This document shows, piece by piece, positions 1 to 14,140 of a DNA stretch of 64,000 bases (the stretch's first letter is position 1; every line of letters begins with the position of its first letter). The stretch is from Chrysomallon squamiferum. Taxonomy: Eukaryota; Animalia; Mollusca. The notes under the pieces were generated by a model that did not search any database, was not told the origin of the DNA, and saw nothing but the letters and a program-made list of their open reading frames with translations. The stretch lies in NCBI GenBank assembly GCA_012295275.1, contig CM022677.1:22444001-22508000 (forward strand), read 5' to 3'. The position numbers and the translations under genes are program-made.

Positions 1-421
1 TGAAAACAAATACATTGAAAACATAGTGAGAAGAGGGGGACGTGGTAAGTATAACAAACATTTGTATTGGTGTGAATATACGTGTGTATGTGTGTGGGTA
101 TGTGTGTGTGTTTGTGTTTGTGTGTGTAAGTGTGTGTGTGTGTTCCTATATGATTATCTGATATTTTATTGATTTGTATTGACAGCAGATTACTGGATTG
201 GAGCTAGCAGCATACAGAGTGGTACTTTCGAGTGGATGTCGAGAAAACCTCTTTCATACTCACACTGGAAACCAGGCGAGCCAAACAGTTATAATGGGGG
301 AGAGCACTGTGTTGGTATATCAAAAAGAGCGAATTATCGGTGGAATGACGACAAGTGCAATAAGCTATTTGGATTTGTGTGTGAACAGAAAAATAAATAT
401 CATCACTTAATAAATATTTGA
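1..421 (+). CDS. C-type lectin (perlucin-like), copy 1, last two exons only (<1-44, 186-421)
   Basis: Exon ENKYIENIVRRGGR ends at G|GTAAGT (44/45). After the acceptor TTGACAG| the frame reads (A)DYWIGAS..FEW..YSHWKPGEPN..EHC..WNDDKC..FVCE, giving canonical CTLD WIG, EPN and WND motifs. It is colinear with copy 2. Confidence 0.92.
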
Positions 422-1206
422 TCAAAGTAAAACTTGTTTCTAAAACACACTCAAATAAACACACACAAACACGCACACACAGCTTTTAAATATATAGTGG
501 TGCATATGAAAAAAAAAATAATGCATTTTATATATTTCTTTAAGTTTTTCTAAAATGTATTTCTTTATGAATTAGGTTGCAATAAAATTTCACATGTTTA
601 TTTAAATATTTATTCTTGATTTTCTTTCATTATTTGTTAACATGTGAATCTGAAAATACTCAATGAATCTGTCAAGTTTGTAAGAAAAAGTTAATCAAGA
701 AATTTTAAACCCTCTTACCTCTACCAATAGCAGATGTAACTGTGTTAAATTGGACTGAGATTATGAACTGCCTAAAAAGTGAATGACAAAGTTCCATTAG
801 CCAGTTATTGTATGTTTATGTAAAACACGTGTTACTTTAGAACAGAAAACTGTGAACATTCTCGAACATCTTGAGGCAGATGAAGCACTGACTGCTGATC
901 ACTGTAGACTGAAACCTTCCACCACTTTCCTCTTACAAAACTACTACAGTCACAGTTACAGTGACAGTGTAGTTGTAGGCCTGCTAGAGAATACGTAGTA
1001 GCAGTAGTTGCTCTTGATGTTGTAGTAGTAACATAAGTGGCTGTGGCTGTAGCAGATATAGTAGAGTTATGGCAACAATGATAGATATAGAGTAATTGTT
1101 AGAACTGGAAAAATTGCTTGACCATCTGTCAAACAACACAGCTTTCAGTCTCAGTAACGTGTATTAGTTACACACAAATACACACAGAGAAGATTTTTTT
1201 CTATAC

Positions 1207-1237
<31 letters not shown>

Positions 1238-1597
1238 GCTATTACTTCACCGGACATTTTTTGCTATCCCTTTCCAAATATAACAATTTTGCCACTGACG
1301 CGGTCTTTACTCAGTGAACCAGGGTAATTACCAGTTCAACTCTGCACTCCTTTCATTGTGTTTCGTCAGTTTTTCAGAGCATTTTGTTTTTGTGGGAAAC
1401 TTGGCAGTGTCAGGTATATGTATTTAGCTATGAATATTCCCTGTCTTCTCTGTGATTACAATCTGCACTCTGATTAAACAAAACAGTTAAGTGGGCGTAG
1501 TCGAGACAGGGAAGAAGAAATACTCAGAGTCATGTTAAGAGACACGCTGCCGGTTATTACATCCTCTGAAGAAACTAAAGCAATGACAGAACACACA

Positions 1598-1770
<173 letters not shown>

Positions 1771-1959
1771 CATGTGAAGAAGAGAAGAAGAAGAAAAAAT
1801 AACAACTATGTTAATTATAATACTGCATTAATGTCTGTCTGACACGCACACACACACAAACACTCAGACATTCCCTCTCATGTTTATATATTTTAATTGG
1901 CGGATTATGATTTAGACCAGGGTTTTAAATATGTATTATTATTATTTTTCATCACTATG

Positions 1960-2018
<59 letters not shown>

Positions 2019-3316
2019 CATCATCATCATCATTATTATTACATAGTACATTTCGAATGGACATTTTCAATATTTTCCAATATGGATTGAAATCTATCGT
2101 CTTGAAAAGTAGTTTTAAATTCGGTTTGTTTATATTCTTAAAATATTAGATGATTATCTAAACATATTTGGGAAACAATATAAAGTCGGTTTATATCTGT
2201 TGTCTTAAACTCAAAGATGATATACAAGTATTCTCGGCTATTTCAAATCTGTTTTTTGTATGAATATCCTTTTCTTAAAATACAAGATGGTGATACATGT
2301 AAAATAGTTGTTTTATTTGTATCGTTTTAAAATAGAACGATGACTGCTTCGAACTACCTCACACATTTTCTTATTTTCTTTGGAATGATAAGGTTTTCTA
2401 CAAGAAATTTGGATTTATCTGTGAATACTGTCTATGAACGTTTCGTTTAAAAGAAAAGAAATACATTTTCTGATTTCAAACGTATCTGTTTGTAAATAAG
2501 ATTTTCCTACCTGCTCTGTCAGTAAATTCGTCTGTCTATTTCTGTCTCTATGACTATCTGCTTGTCTCTCTCTATATATATATGTGTGTGTATCTGTCTG
2601 TTTATCTCTATCAGTGTGTCTATCTGTCCGTCTCTTTGTCTCTCTGTCTCTCATACTATCCAAATAATTATGTCTGTCTGTCTGAATCTATATATATATA
2701 TACGTCTGTATATGTGGATGTATATGTATCTAATATATATAAAGTGATATATATATATTATTTTATATATATTAGATATATATAGATTGATAGATAGATA
2801 TAGATAGATAGATATACAGGCATACATACATATCTCAATCTATCTATGTATCTATTTATCTATCTGTCTATATATTTATATACAGATATACACATGTAAA
2901 TGATAGTCATCAGGTTTCATCTTTTCTTTATTGTGCACGTTGGAATGAGTTTGAGAAAAAGGACTGATTCACAATAATCACAGAGGAGGGTGGCAACTGA
3001 GATTTGTAGAAATGAATGGCAATAAACAATAAATATTATCATTATTATTGTAGGTTAGTAGTAGTAGTAGTAGTAAAAGTAGTAGTAGCAATATTTGTAA
3101 ATTATACGAAGTCTGATCGTGTTGTTTGAGCAGTCCACTTTTGTTCATCATCTGAATTAATTTAACACATCTGTGATTTGATAAAACCTTCACACGAGTA
3201 AGCAGTGAAATTGTCCCTGAGTAAATAGAATGTTATTTTTATTTATGTATTCCTTGATGATGAAGATTATGATGATGATGTTGAATATAATGATTATTAT
3301 TATTATGATTATGATG

Positions 3317-3355
<39 letters not shown>

Positions 3356-3477
3356 TAAATACTATTTCAAGTATTTTAAGACACATTAAATGATCAAACC
3401 AAGTCTTTTCTCTCTACTCAGTGTAGCATTCGATAAGCTTCAGATCATTGTTAAGTTTACACAAGATTTATTTTTAG

Positions 3478-4900
3478 AAGTAAAATATCTGCCTTTCTAC
3501 TGAGTCTGCTACTGCATCTTATTTAACTACTTCTATCATATAAATGTAGTTGAAATTGAACGTCTTGTACTACAACAACAATAACTGCTACTACTACTAC
3601 AACTACTACTACTACTGTTTATGTTAATTTTTCCTACTTTATTTTTCTGATATACAGTTTGGAATAACTCAGTTTTGTTAACAGTGTACACACACACTGG
3701 ATATACAGGGATTTAATTCGTTTCGTTTTAAGAAATCAACATCATTTTACTTTTAGTGTATTTTTCTCTCCTACTCACCTGTTTACTGTATTTAAATGTA
3801 TTAGATGAAGGGAGATAATTTGTTTTGTAGAATGTCTGAAGTATCATATTGCAGAGTTATTTCCCCTACTGTATGACTACATAATTGTGAATAATTAATC
3901 AAGCTTCAAGACGTTACTGTAACACACGCACAGACACAGACAGACACGCACAGACATACACACACACAGATACACACTCAACCATAGGTGCATGTGCTTG
4001 TAACAAACAAGTAAAACTAATTAAACAAACTACTTTGAGGCAGGCATTGTGTTTTATGTTCGCACCTCGGACTTACCAAATCACGTTGTCAAAGTGTTAC
4101 TGTAACTTCAGAAGGTAAATGATTTAAGTTTGTTCTCATTTTAATTTATTTATTTATTTAATGTTTTTTTTGTTTATTCTGCAATTTCGTTCGCGGAAGA
4201 GTATAGTGTTATTTTATATACTAAAACATATTTTATCTATAACTTTTAAAAGAAAAATGATCGTTTTTCACGTGTTGAAAATAAAAGTATTCCTTTTTAT
4301 TCTAATTTCTTGAATCCACTCTGCCATATGCGCACCCCCCCCGCCTCACCGATGAGAAAAGTTGTTTCTGCGAAACTGAACTGACATCGTCTCCTAACGT
4401 CTGATTCTATTTCTGACGTCTTTTTGAAATCATAATCTGATTTTGAACAGTTAAAATTATTTTCAGAATACAAATAATTACAAAAACAAATGGATCTACC
4501 CAAAATTTCTACAAAAGAAATTATCTCCCTTAATCTAATAAATTTAATTACGGAGAACAGGTGTTCATGCATACGAAATCCAAATGGCGGTTTACTGACA
4601 TTCATGAAGGCCAAAAGTCTCACAATTTTAAAGTGTTTAGATTTGAAAATATAATGCAAGAATGTTAGAATAGAGAGAAGTGTTTGGTACATGAATTAAA
4701 ATTAATATTGTTGAATATTAATCAATGTTGATGAATGTAAGATCAAACCAACTTACCTCATTTTACAAATCTTCTACTTGTTTATGTTCGTGCTGAATGA
4801 CGTCATGCAATGTTATACTTATTAACACTGCAGGGATGACGACTTATTTAAAATAACAATCTAAGAAAATTGTAAAATGTAGTGCTGCAAAATTTATTTA
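3478..4900. repeat. Local segmental duplication, copy 1 (pairs with ~12457-14140)
   Basis: Long near-identical blocks occur in both, e.g. gatatacagtttggaataactcag, gaagggagataatttgttttgtagaatg and atggatctacccaaaatttctacaaaagaaattatctccct. It may include transposon-derived sequence. Confidence 0.85.
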
Positions 4901-5002
4901 CTTATTAAAAGTCACTTTAGAAAAATCCTAATGTCTTTACTGCGTAATGTGTTGCTTTGCCTTTTGTTTTGATCTGATATAGAAAGGTACATGCACATGT
5001 TC

Positions 5003-5061
<59 letters not shown>

Positions 5062-5382
5062 TAAAAAGTCAATTCTAAAGTTTTATATAATAATAGTAAG
5101 AAGAAGAAGAATGAAAAGAAGAATCTTTTTGTATGCAGTAGATTAAAATAAAATAAAAATACAATAAAATAAATAACCATAAAATGAAAAAAGGCGAAGA
5201 AGAAAAGTATTATATTATTGTTATTATACTACTACTACTACTACTAGTAATAGTAATAATAATATTAATAATAATAATTAGAAACTAGGAACAAACTGAA
5301 TTTTGAAAACTGTTTCTGTATCCTTTTTCATTTTGTTGTTGTTGTTCTTCTTCTTGTTCTTGTTCTTGTTCTTCTTCTTCTT

Positions 5383-5445
<63 letters not shown>

Positions 5446-5471
5446 TAAATACTATTTCACTTATTTTAAGA

Positions 5472-5580
5472 TTAAACCAAGTATTTTCTCTGTACCCAGT
5501 GTTACATTCGATACCCTCCACTTCACTGTTAAGTTAAAACAACATTTATTTTTGTTCACACAGTATTTTATCTCTGCCAG
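5472..5580. repeat. Short dispersed module (ttaaaccaagt..tctgtacccagtgttacattcgata..gttaagttt..aagatttatttttg), also at ~3393, ~9292 and ~14862, with related tails at ~24435, ~29323, ~31010 and ~34115
   Basis: Direct recurrence of the motif. The four main copies follow (ATT)n tracts. Confidence 0.75.
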
Positions 5581-5779
5581 TGACGCACACGCACAAATAT
5601 TCGCACAAAGACGTATATCAAAAACCTAAACAGACAGACACATATAAATACAAATGGTAGAATGATCAATTATACTGATTAACCTAGAGCACGGTAGTTT
5701 ACACCAGTAACAGCTGCAGTGAGTGAAAACCGAAGCAGAGTGTTTGTCACATTACCTCAGAGGAACATCCGCCAACCAT

Positions 5780-5927
5780 CTGTTACATTTCGCTTTCAAT
5801 GCATCAAACCTCATCATGAAAGCTGGTATTACATTTCACTTTCACTGTATAAAACTTCATCTGAAAAACTGCTGTTCCATTTCGTTTTCACTGCATCAAA
5901 CTTCATCTTGAAAACTGGTGTTACATC
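5780..5927 (+). repeat. Three degenerate ~45-bp tandem units immediately upstream of the lectin ATG
   Basis: tgttacatttcgctttcaatgcatcaaacctcatcatgaaagctgg / tattacatttcactttcactgtataaaacttcatctgaaaaactgc / tgttccatttcgttttcactgcatcaaacttcatcttgaaaactgg. Confidence 0.75.
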
Positions 5928-5932
5928 TCAAC

Positions 5933-8002
5933 ATGGAGAATTTAATCTTTGTTGTCTTTAGCCTTCTGCTGCTAAGTTCACCTGTTGGTAAGTTTCTCTT
6001 TACGTATGTTTGTCTGTATGTGAGTGTAAGTTTTTCTGTGTTGTATATTTGTAAGTGACTATTCTCTGTCTCATGTACGTATGATTAGACTCTGCACACA
6101 GACAATATAAAGGAACGCAGTAACACCGCAGGACGAAGTCCAGTCACAAACACTCAGACGTGAGATGTCGCTGACGAGACTAGAACTGTGAGTCTCATTT
6201 GTCTGCATTCCGCAGTGGACAACGATACCATTCGACACCGAGACAAACTTTGCATACGTAAATATATGTGTGTGCGTGTGTGGGTTTGTGTTTGTATGTG
6301 TTTGTGTAGAAAACTGTATCTAAATTCATTTTATATGCCTTTGACGATTTGTCATTATTTTGTTTCCTCTTTGATTATTTAAATTTCTGCTCTTTGACAT
6401 TTAACAGAGGGTACGTACTGTCAGGCAGGATTTACGAGATTCAGATCTCACTGCTACTGGGTTTCACCGCGGTCGTTGACAGCCTCCTGGATTGAAGCTA
6501 GCGTGAGTATCTTTTTCTTCTTTCTTATTTTAATCATGTTTATCAGCAACAAACACAACATCACAATGGTCACCTTCTAGCTTATGTATTTAAAGGACGA
6601 CAGGATCAAAACAAGACGATATAAAAAAAAAAAATGTATGAACATTTTCACATTTAAAAAAATAGTGCAAGGATTCTGAAGACAAAAAAAAATATATATA
6701 TATATATATTAGGATATCTTCAAATAGTACAGTCTATGTAGTAGATCATGTGAAAAAGAAAATGAGATTTTCGTCGTAAACATTTTATGAAAAATTCTGT
6801 TTTGAAATCAGGATAAAATAGTATATTTTATGTGATGAAAAGATAGAACAATACTTGTCCTGTTTCAGTAGGTCAACTGCACACCGTAACTGACTTGTGC
6901 TTTTGAACATATGTTTTGGATGCACTTTATATTGTACACATATCTGTCGCAACGTTCAAACAAAATTAAACGACTTGGGATTAAAGATTCATCTAATCCA
7001 AGTACTTTTTAAAACTGTTATAAAATATATTTATTTATCATTTAATATCTCCGTTTTTATAATATGGATTCTAAACTACACTTAAGATTTATATTTATTT
7101 TTTTTTTTTTCAGAGCCACCTTTCTAGATAAATAAAAAAAATATATAACATCTTCACTTATTTCGAAAACATTTCTTCTGGGTTAGATACTGTTTTAAAT
7201 AAATGTATTAGTTTCAAATTATTAAACATTTCAAAACTTATCCTTCCTAATGTGCCAAGTATTCTAGTAGATCTTTCTTTTATCCTGTTATTACTGAATC
7301 GTAGGTTTCTTCAGTAGTTTTATATAAATTCAGTGGAAATATAATTATTACGTCAGTGAATTCTAATATGGTGCTGACCAGATATTGTATGGTCTCGGTG
7401 AAAAGTTGAAGTCAAAACATTCTTTATTTTCCCTCTATATTTACAAACAAATTATACATCATTAAGTTTTGCACACACATAGACACATACACAAACACAC
7501 ACACAAACACACACACAAACACACACACACACAGACATGTATACATATTTATATTTTCACATTTATATTTCAGCAATATTGTCATTTCATGAATTCTGAT
7601 TTGGTTACAATCAGTTCACGACGTGAAAGCAACTACATTGAAAACATACTGAGAAGACAAGGAGGTGGTAAGTTTAACAAACATTTCTATGTATTTCTAT
7701 TTGTGTTTGCATGTAAGTGTGAGTCTCTCTGTGTGTGTGCACGTGCGTGTGTGTGTTTCTGAGTGATATTTCATTGATTTGTGTTGACAGACGCTTTCTG
7801 GATCGGAGCTAGCAGCATACAGAGTGGTATTTTTGAGTGGATGTCGAGAACACCTCTTTCATACTCACACTGGTATACAGGCGAGCCAAACAATTGTTGC
7901 TCAGGAGAGCACTGCGTTTGTATCGTAAAAGGAAACAATTATCGGTGGAATGACGACAAGTGCAATAAGCTGTTAGGATTTGTATGTGAACAGAAAAGAT
8001 AA
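5933..8002 (+). CDS. Secreted C-type lectin (perlucin-like), copy 2, complete; exons 5933-5987, 6408-6502, 7574-7667, 7791-8002; 151 aa
   Basis: Signal peptide MENLIFVVFSLLLLSSPV, then EGTYCQAGFTRFRSHCYWVS..ASWIEAS | QYCHFMNSDLVTISS..RRQGG | DAFWIG..EPN..WND..FVCEQKR*. All introns are GT-AG with compatible phases (1,0,1). AATAAA follows the stop. Confidence 0.93.
6061..6255 (-). mobile_element. Degenerate tRNA-derived SINE copy in lectin intron 1
   Basis: The reverse complement aligns by eye with 45432-45631 (agtctcgtcagcg, gtgactggactt, atattgtctgtgtg.agagtcta). The A and B boxes are decayed. Confidence 0.75.
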
Positions 8003-8629
8003 ACTTGATCACTTAATAAATTGTTGATCAAAGTAAAACTTGTTTGTAAAATTAGTTTGTGTAAACACACACATATACAAACACACACACACACTCACAC
8101 AGCTTGTAAATATATAATGGTGCATATCAGAATCAAAGTTTTTATAAAATTTATTTATTTATGAATTAGGTGCAATACAATTTCACATGTTTATTTCAAT
8201 ATTTATTCTTTATTTTCTTTCATTATTTATTAACATGTGAATCTGAAAACACTCAAGGAATCATTATTATTATTATTATTTTTTTTTTTTTGTTACGTTT
8301 TTCTAATTTGTGATATCGACAACACATACCACAACGTTTGAATTCCAGCCGGAACTGGAATTATTTGAATAACAAGAGAAGAGGATGAAATGGTTTTTTT
8401 TTTGTTGTTTGTTTTGTTTTTCTTTCTTTCTCTTTGTCTGTTTTTTATTTATTTATTTATTTACTTAGTTATTTAGTTAGTTAGTTAGTTAGCTATTTAC
8501 TTGTACTTTACTTCCGTAAAAACTAAAGTGATAGAAATTAAAAAAGAAAACACTATAATACGTTGCTACAGCTCTTATGTATATGCATTCTGTTTTATTA
8601 TATGTAAAATTAAAAAATAAATAAATAAC

Positions 8630-8676
<47 letters not shown>

Positions 8677-8854
8677 TAATAATCATAAATAAATAAATAA
8701 ATAAATAAGAGTAAACATGTAAAAAACAAAACAGTCTATTTGAAATATACCTTGACTTCAGATACCCCGCCGCTAGCTTGCGCAACGAACAACACACCAT
8801 CCGCCCAGCATCCTGCGTCTCACTTGTTTACTTCACATGGTAACCTGGCCGCTG

Positions 8855-8952
<98 letters not shown>

Positions 8953-9052
8953 ATAAAATAACCATAAAATTAAAAATGGCGAAGAAGAAAAGTATTATAT
9001 TATTTTTATTATAGCACTACTACTACTATTACTACTACTACTACTACTACTG

Positions 9053-9085
<33 letters not shown>

Positions 9086-9173
9086 ATAATAATAATAATA
9101 ATAATAATAATTATAAACTAGGAACAAACTGAATTTTGAAAACTGTTTCTATATCCTTCTTCTTTTTGTACGT

Positions 9174-9204
<31 letters not shown>

Positions 9205-10296
9205 TTATTATTATTATTATCATTATTATTATTAGTAGTAGTAGTAGTATTATTTAAATACGATTTCACGTATTTTAAGATATATTAAATGATTAAACCA
9301 AGTCTTTTCTCTGTACCCAGTGTTACATTCGATACCCTCCACTTCACTGTTAAGTTTAAACAAGATTTATTTTTGTCCACAAAGTATTTTATCTGTGTCA
9401 GTGGCGCACACACACAAATATTCGCATCAAAAACCTAAACAGACAGACACAATAAATACAAATGTTACACACAAAAAATACTGATACACACATACACCCA
9501 TAAATACACACATATACATAAGTTAGACGTACACACCAAATCACACATACTCACACAGTCATATACACAAGCATACACACGCACAAACGTACAAGCAAAC
9601 CCACACATGCACGTTCACACATACACGCACTCACAATCACATGCAACAACAGCTGGCCCGGAACTGAAGAGACCTCGTCTGGTCATATATTTTTCTATTT
9701 TATCTTGCACAGTCACTAACACTGTACCAGTACTAATACTATTACTGGTACTACTACTATTACTAATTCAGTTATTGCTACTAAAAATATTTCTCATAAT
9801 GTTTTTGTTATTTTATTTTATTTATCTTTCTTATTTTTTTTTTTTGTTCTTTCTTTATGTATTTTTTGTCTGTTTGTATGTGTGTAATTTACAAGTATGA
9901 TCAATTTTACAAACACTTTTTTTTTTTCACTTTGCTTCCTCGTATTGGTTTTCACCTGAGTTTATTTTATAAAACACTTTGACTGTGTGTAATCACAAAG
10001 TGATTAACCAGGAACGTATATTTCGCATCGATATTGAAGGTGTGATTGTAATTAAGCGAGAGGAAACAGGATGAAATATCAGATAACTTGTAACACTTGT
10101 TGTATGAATCCGGCCTGATGCATTCAAAGAGTTAGTTAAACTAGCATTACACTAACACTGCAATTTGCTACCAACGGTGTCACGCAAAACGAAATAAGAT
10201 CAATACATTGCCATTAGTAATCCTGTTTGTGCTTAATAAAAGAATAACAGCAGCAGCAAAAACAACAACAACAACAGGAACAACAACAACAACAAC

Positions 10297-10342
<46 letters not shown>

Positions 10343-10531
10343 TTGAAATAATAGCTACAGTACCACTTGCTACAGTAGCAGCTGTAGTAGTCGTAATGGG
10401 GTTGGTTGTATTGGTAGTACCGGTGATAGCTGTAGCAGTAGCAGTGATAATTATACAGTGAAACTCCTGTAAATAGAAATTACCTCAAAACCGAATTTAT
10501 TCTTTGTTCCTCTGATTTCCACAGCAGACAA

Positions 10532-10699
10532 GTAGAATGATCAATTTTACTGATTAACCTAGAGCACAGTAATTTACACCAGTAACAGCTGCAGTGAGTA
10601 AAAACAATAGCAGAGTGTTTGTCACATTATCTCAGAGGAACATCCGCCAACCATCTGTTACATTTTGCTTTCACTGCATCAAAACTCATCATGAAAGCT
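10532..10699 (+). promoter_or_regulatory. Orphan duplicate of the lectin upstream/5' region (matches 5657-5824) with no lectin exons after it
   Basis: gtagaatgatcaatt..ctagagcac..cagctgcagtgag..gaggaacatccgccaaccatctgttacat..catcatgaaagct is shared, then similarity ends abruptly. Confidence 0.7.
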
Positions 10700-10829
10700 C
10701 TATCAATATTTGAACCAAACTGATTTTATAACTGAGTTTTACTTGCTGACATCACATACATGAATATATCTTCAGAATAAATATATTCAGTTTCTGTCTA
10801 AATATATTATGTAGTTTTAATTTTTATGC

Positions 10830-10864
<35 letters not shown>

Positions 10865-12456
10865 TTAACATTCAGTTAGATTTAGTGTTGTTACCACAGT
10901 GGAAACACTAAGCAATTATAATTTTACTTTAAAGAATATTTTTAATTTAATTATTTTCTGACAGTTGTTTTCCATAAATAATGTGTGGTAACCAAAAATC
11001 AGGGGGAAAAAATCATAAATAAAATGATTTTCAGCATTTAAAAATCACAACATAAATAACCATAAGTAAAATGATTATGAGCATTTAAAAATAGAAAATA
11101 ATTATAAACAAATTACGCTGAGCATTTGAAAATCAGAAATAAATAAACATCAGTTCACACTAAAAATCAAGTTGATCACAAAAATGTTAAAAATAACAAC
11201 AACAACAACAACAACAATAATAAATAAATAAATAAATAAATAAGTAAAACAAAAATAAAAAATAAAACAAAATAATAATTAAAATTAAAATAAAAAAAGT
11301 TGTTCAGTTCAGTTTTCGTTAAAGACAGACTATTTATTTCTATTGCAAAGCAATCATCGGAGAATAAATGTGTATGTATATATATATACATTTCTTCTCC
11401 GACAATTTTACTTTTATATATATTTTTATAATTCTTTTTTTCAATCGTCTGATAATCTGGTGAATCACAACACAGTTCACAGATCTCCGGTTGATGTCAG
11501 ACGAGGATGATGAACCAGGACACGTGACTCTTTCTTTACGTATGACCAGGTGACCAATCTGCTAGAAGCTTCACTTTGCAACATTAAAAACCTGAGAGCT
11601 CAAAACAGACTCGTTTTTCATGCGACCGTCATCAGTGATCGTCTGCTTTTTGTGACCATAAAGAAAATTTTCTTTCTCTAGAGTTATTTCTTCCAAAAAC
11701 ATAAACTACTAGAAGCATCATCTTATTCAGTGTTTTGGTAAGCCAGTGACTGCTTAGTGGAAATTACGTTCTAGTGTCAAATATTGCTATGTTGTCAGCT
11801 GTAAATTGTCTATGTATGTTTAACAATTTAATAACTGTAAATGCAATATTCTGAGAACATCGTTACTGACTTCCTTCCTTCCTCACTTTCATCTTCGCAC
11901 AGACTGAACACAACAAAATGTGTCCATTCTTATGTTTTACTTAATTAATTGTGTACGATATGTACAATTCACTGTGAAATAGTAGATATTATATTTTAGT
12001 TTAATGAAATGTGAATATCATGTGGTTAAAATAAAATTGTTTAATATTTTCTTTATGTATTTTTGACAAAGGAAAAACTTGTGATCTGTGTATCTTATTT
12101 AAATAAAAACATTAATTGGTAAGACGTGTTGCTCTTGTTATAGTCAGTCTGACCTAGATATCAAGGTATATGTTTTAGACTTCAAGTTGATATCAGAATA
12201 TACAGATCTAGATTTTTTCAAGCTACAACGTAAATTAGTAGCTGTGTTTAAAAACTACACAAAATTATATACACACATACTAACACGAATTGTCGTCATG
12301 TAATCAGTGTCTGTGTACCTGTCTGTATGTCCGTCTATCTGCCTGTGTGCTTCTCTCTATCTCTCTGTCTTTCGTATACACTGATATAAAATAAAGAAAA
12401 AAGAAGCATGTTTGCGTCACAAACGTCGACAAATGGAATAATTATAAAAATAAAAA

Positions 12457-14140
12457 GTAAAATATCTGCCTTACTACTAATTCTGTTGCTACATCTTATT
12501 TAACTATTTCTATCATATAAATGTAGTTGAAACTGAACGTCTTCTACTACTCCTACAACTACTACTACTATTACTGTTTATGTTATGTTTTCCTACTTTA
12601 TTTTTATGATATACAGTTTGGAATAACTCAGTTTTTATTGACAGTAGACACACTCTGAATATACAGGGATTTAATTCGTTTCGTTTTAAGAAATCAACAG
12701 TATTTTATTTTTAGTATATTTTTCTCTCCTACTCACCTGTTTACTGTATTTAAATGTATTAGATGAAGGGAGATAATTTGTTTTGTAGAATGTTTGAAGT
12801 ATCATATTGTAGAGTTATAATTGTGAATAAGTACAGTCAAGAATGAAGACGTTACTGTAACACACACACACAACACACACACACACTCGCGCACACACAA
12901 CACACGCACACGCACGCACACACAACACACGCACACACATGCAAACACACAACACGACACACAACACACGCACGACACACACATACAACACACTCACACA
13001 ACATACGCACGCACACGCAAACGCACACACAACACACACTACACACGCACGCACACACAGGCACACACACAACACACACACGACACACACACAACACACA
13101 TAACACACACACATCACACAACAGACACAGCACACAACACACACACAACACCCACAACACACAGAACACACACATCACACAACCAACAAACACACACACT
13201 CGCACACACACACAACACACACACAACACACACACACACTCGCACACACATACAACACACACACAACACGCACACAACACACGCACACACACGACACACA
13301 CAACACACACACAAGCACGTACACAACACACACAGGCACACTCACAACACACACACAACACGCACACACACGTCACACACAAGCACGTACACACAACAAC
13401 ACAGGCACACACACAACACACGCACACACAACACACACAACACACAGACACACTCATACAACATACACAACACACACAACACACACACACACTATCAAAC
13501 ATAGGCTAAGGTACAAGTTGAATTAACTGAACAAACTACTTTGAGGCAGGCATTGTGTTTTAGGAGCGCACGTCCCCCCCCCACCGCGCCCATGAGAAAA
13601 GTTGTTTCTGCGAAAGTGAACACACATCGTCTGCTACCGTCTGATTCTATTTCTGACGTCTTTTTGAAATCAAAATCTGATTTTGAACAGTTAAAATTAT
13701 TTTCAGAATACAAATAATTACAAAAGCAAATGGATCTACCCAAAATTTCTACAAAAGAAATTATCTCCCTTAATCTAATATGTTTAATTACGGTAAACAG
13801 GTCGTTTTTCATGCATACGAAATCCAAATGGCGGTTTTCTGACATTCATGAACGCCGAAAGTCTCACAATTTTAAACTGTTGAGATTTAAAAGTATAAAG
13901 CCAAAATTTTAGAACATCAGAAATGTTTGATAAATTAACTAACATTAATATTTTCCAGTATTAATAAACAGAGATGAATACAAAAGCAATCTCACTTACC
14001 TCATTTTACAAATCTTCTAAATGTTTATGATCTCACTGAATGACGTCATATAATGTTATACTTATCAAAACTACAGGAAAAACAACTAATTTAAAATAAC
14101 AATCTAACAAAATTGTAAACATATAATACGGTAAAATTTA
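12457..14140. repeat. Local segmental duplication, copy 2, containing a ~640-bp degenerate (CA)n/(CAA) expansion at 12860-13495
   Basis: Colinear with 3478-4900, where the corresponding CA tract is only ~60 bp. Confidence 0.85.

Noticed and set aside
4297-4692. 131-aa ORF and its 116-aa counterpart at 13495-13845
   Set aside because: The similarity comes from the DNA duplication. The frames differ at an indel, and there is no recognisable domain or splice structure.
8740-8856. GC-rich patch that might be an ncRNA or transposon end
   Set aside because: I found no second copy, terminal inverted repeat or Pol III boxes by eye, so support is insufficient.
12802-13502. Cys/Val-rich ORFs resembling metallothionein or keratin-associated proteins
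   Set aside because: They are translations of a degenerate (TG)n microsatellite that is open in all frames.
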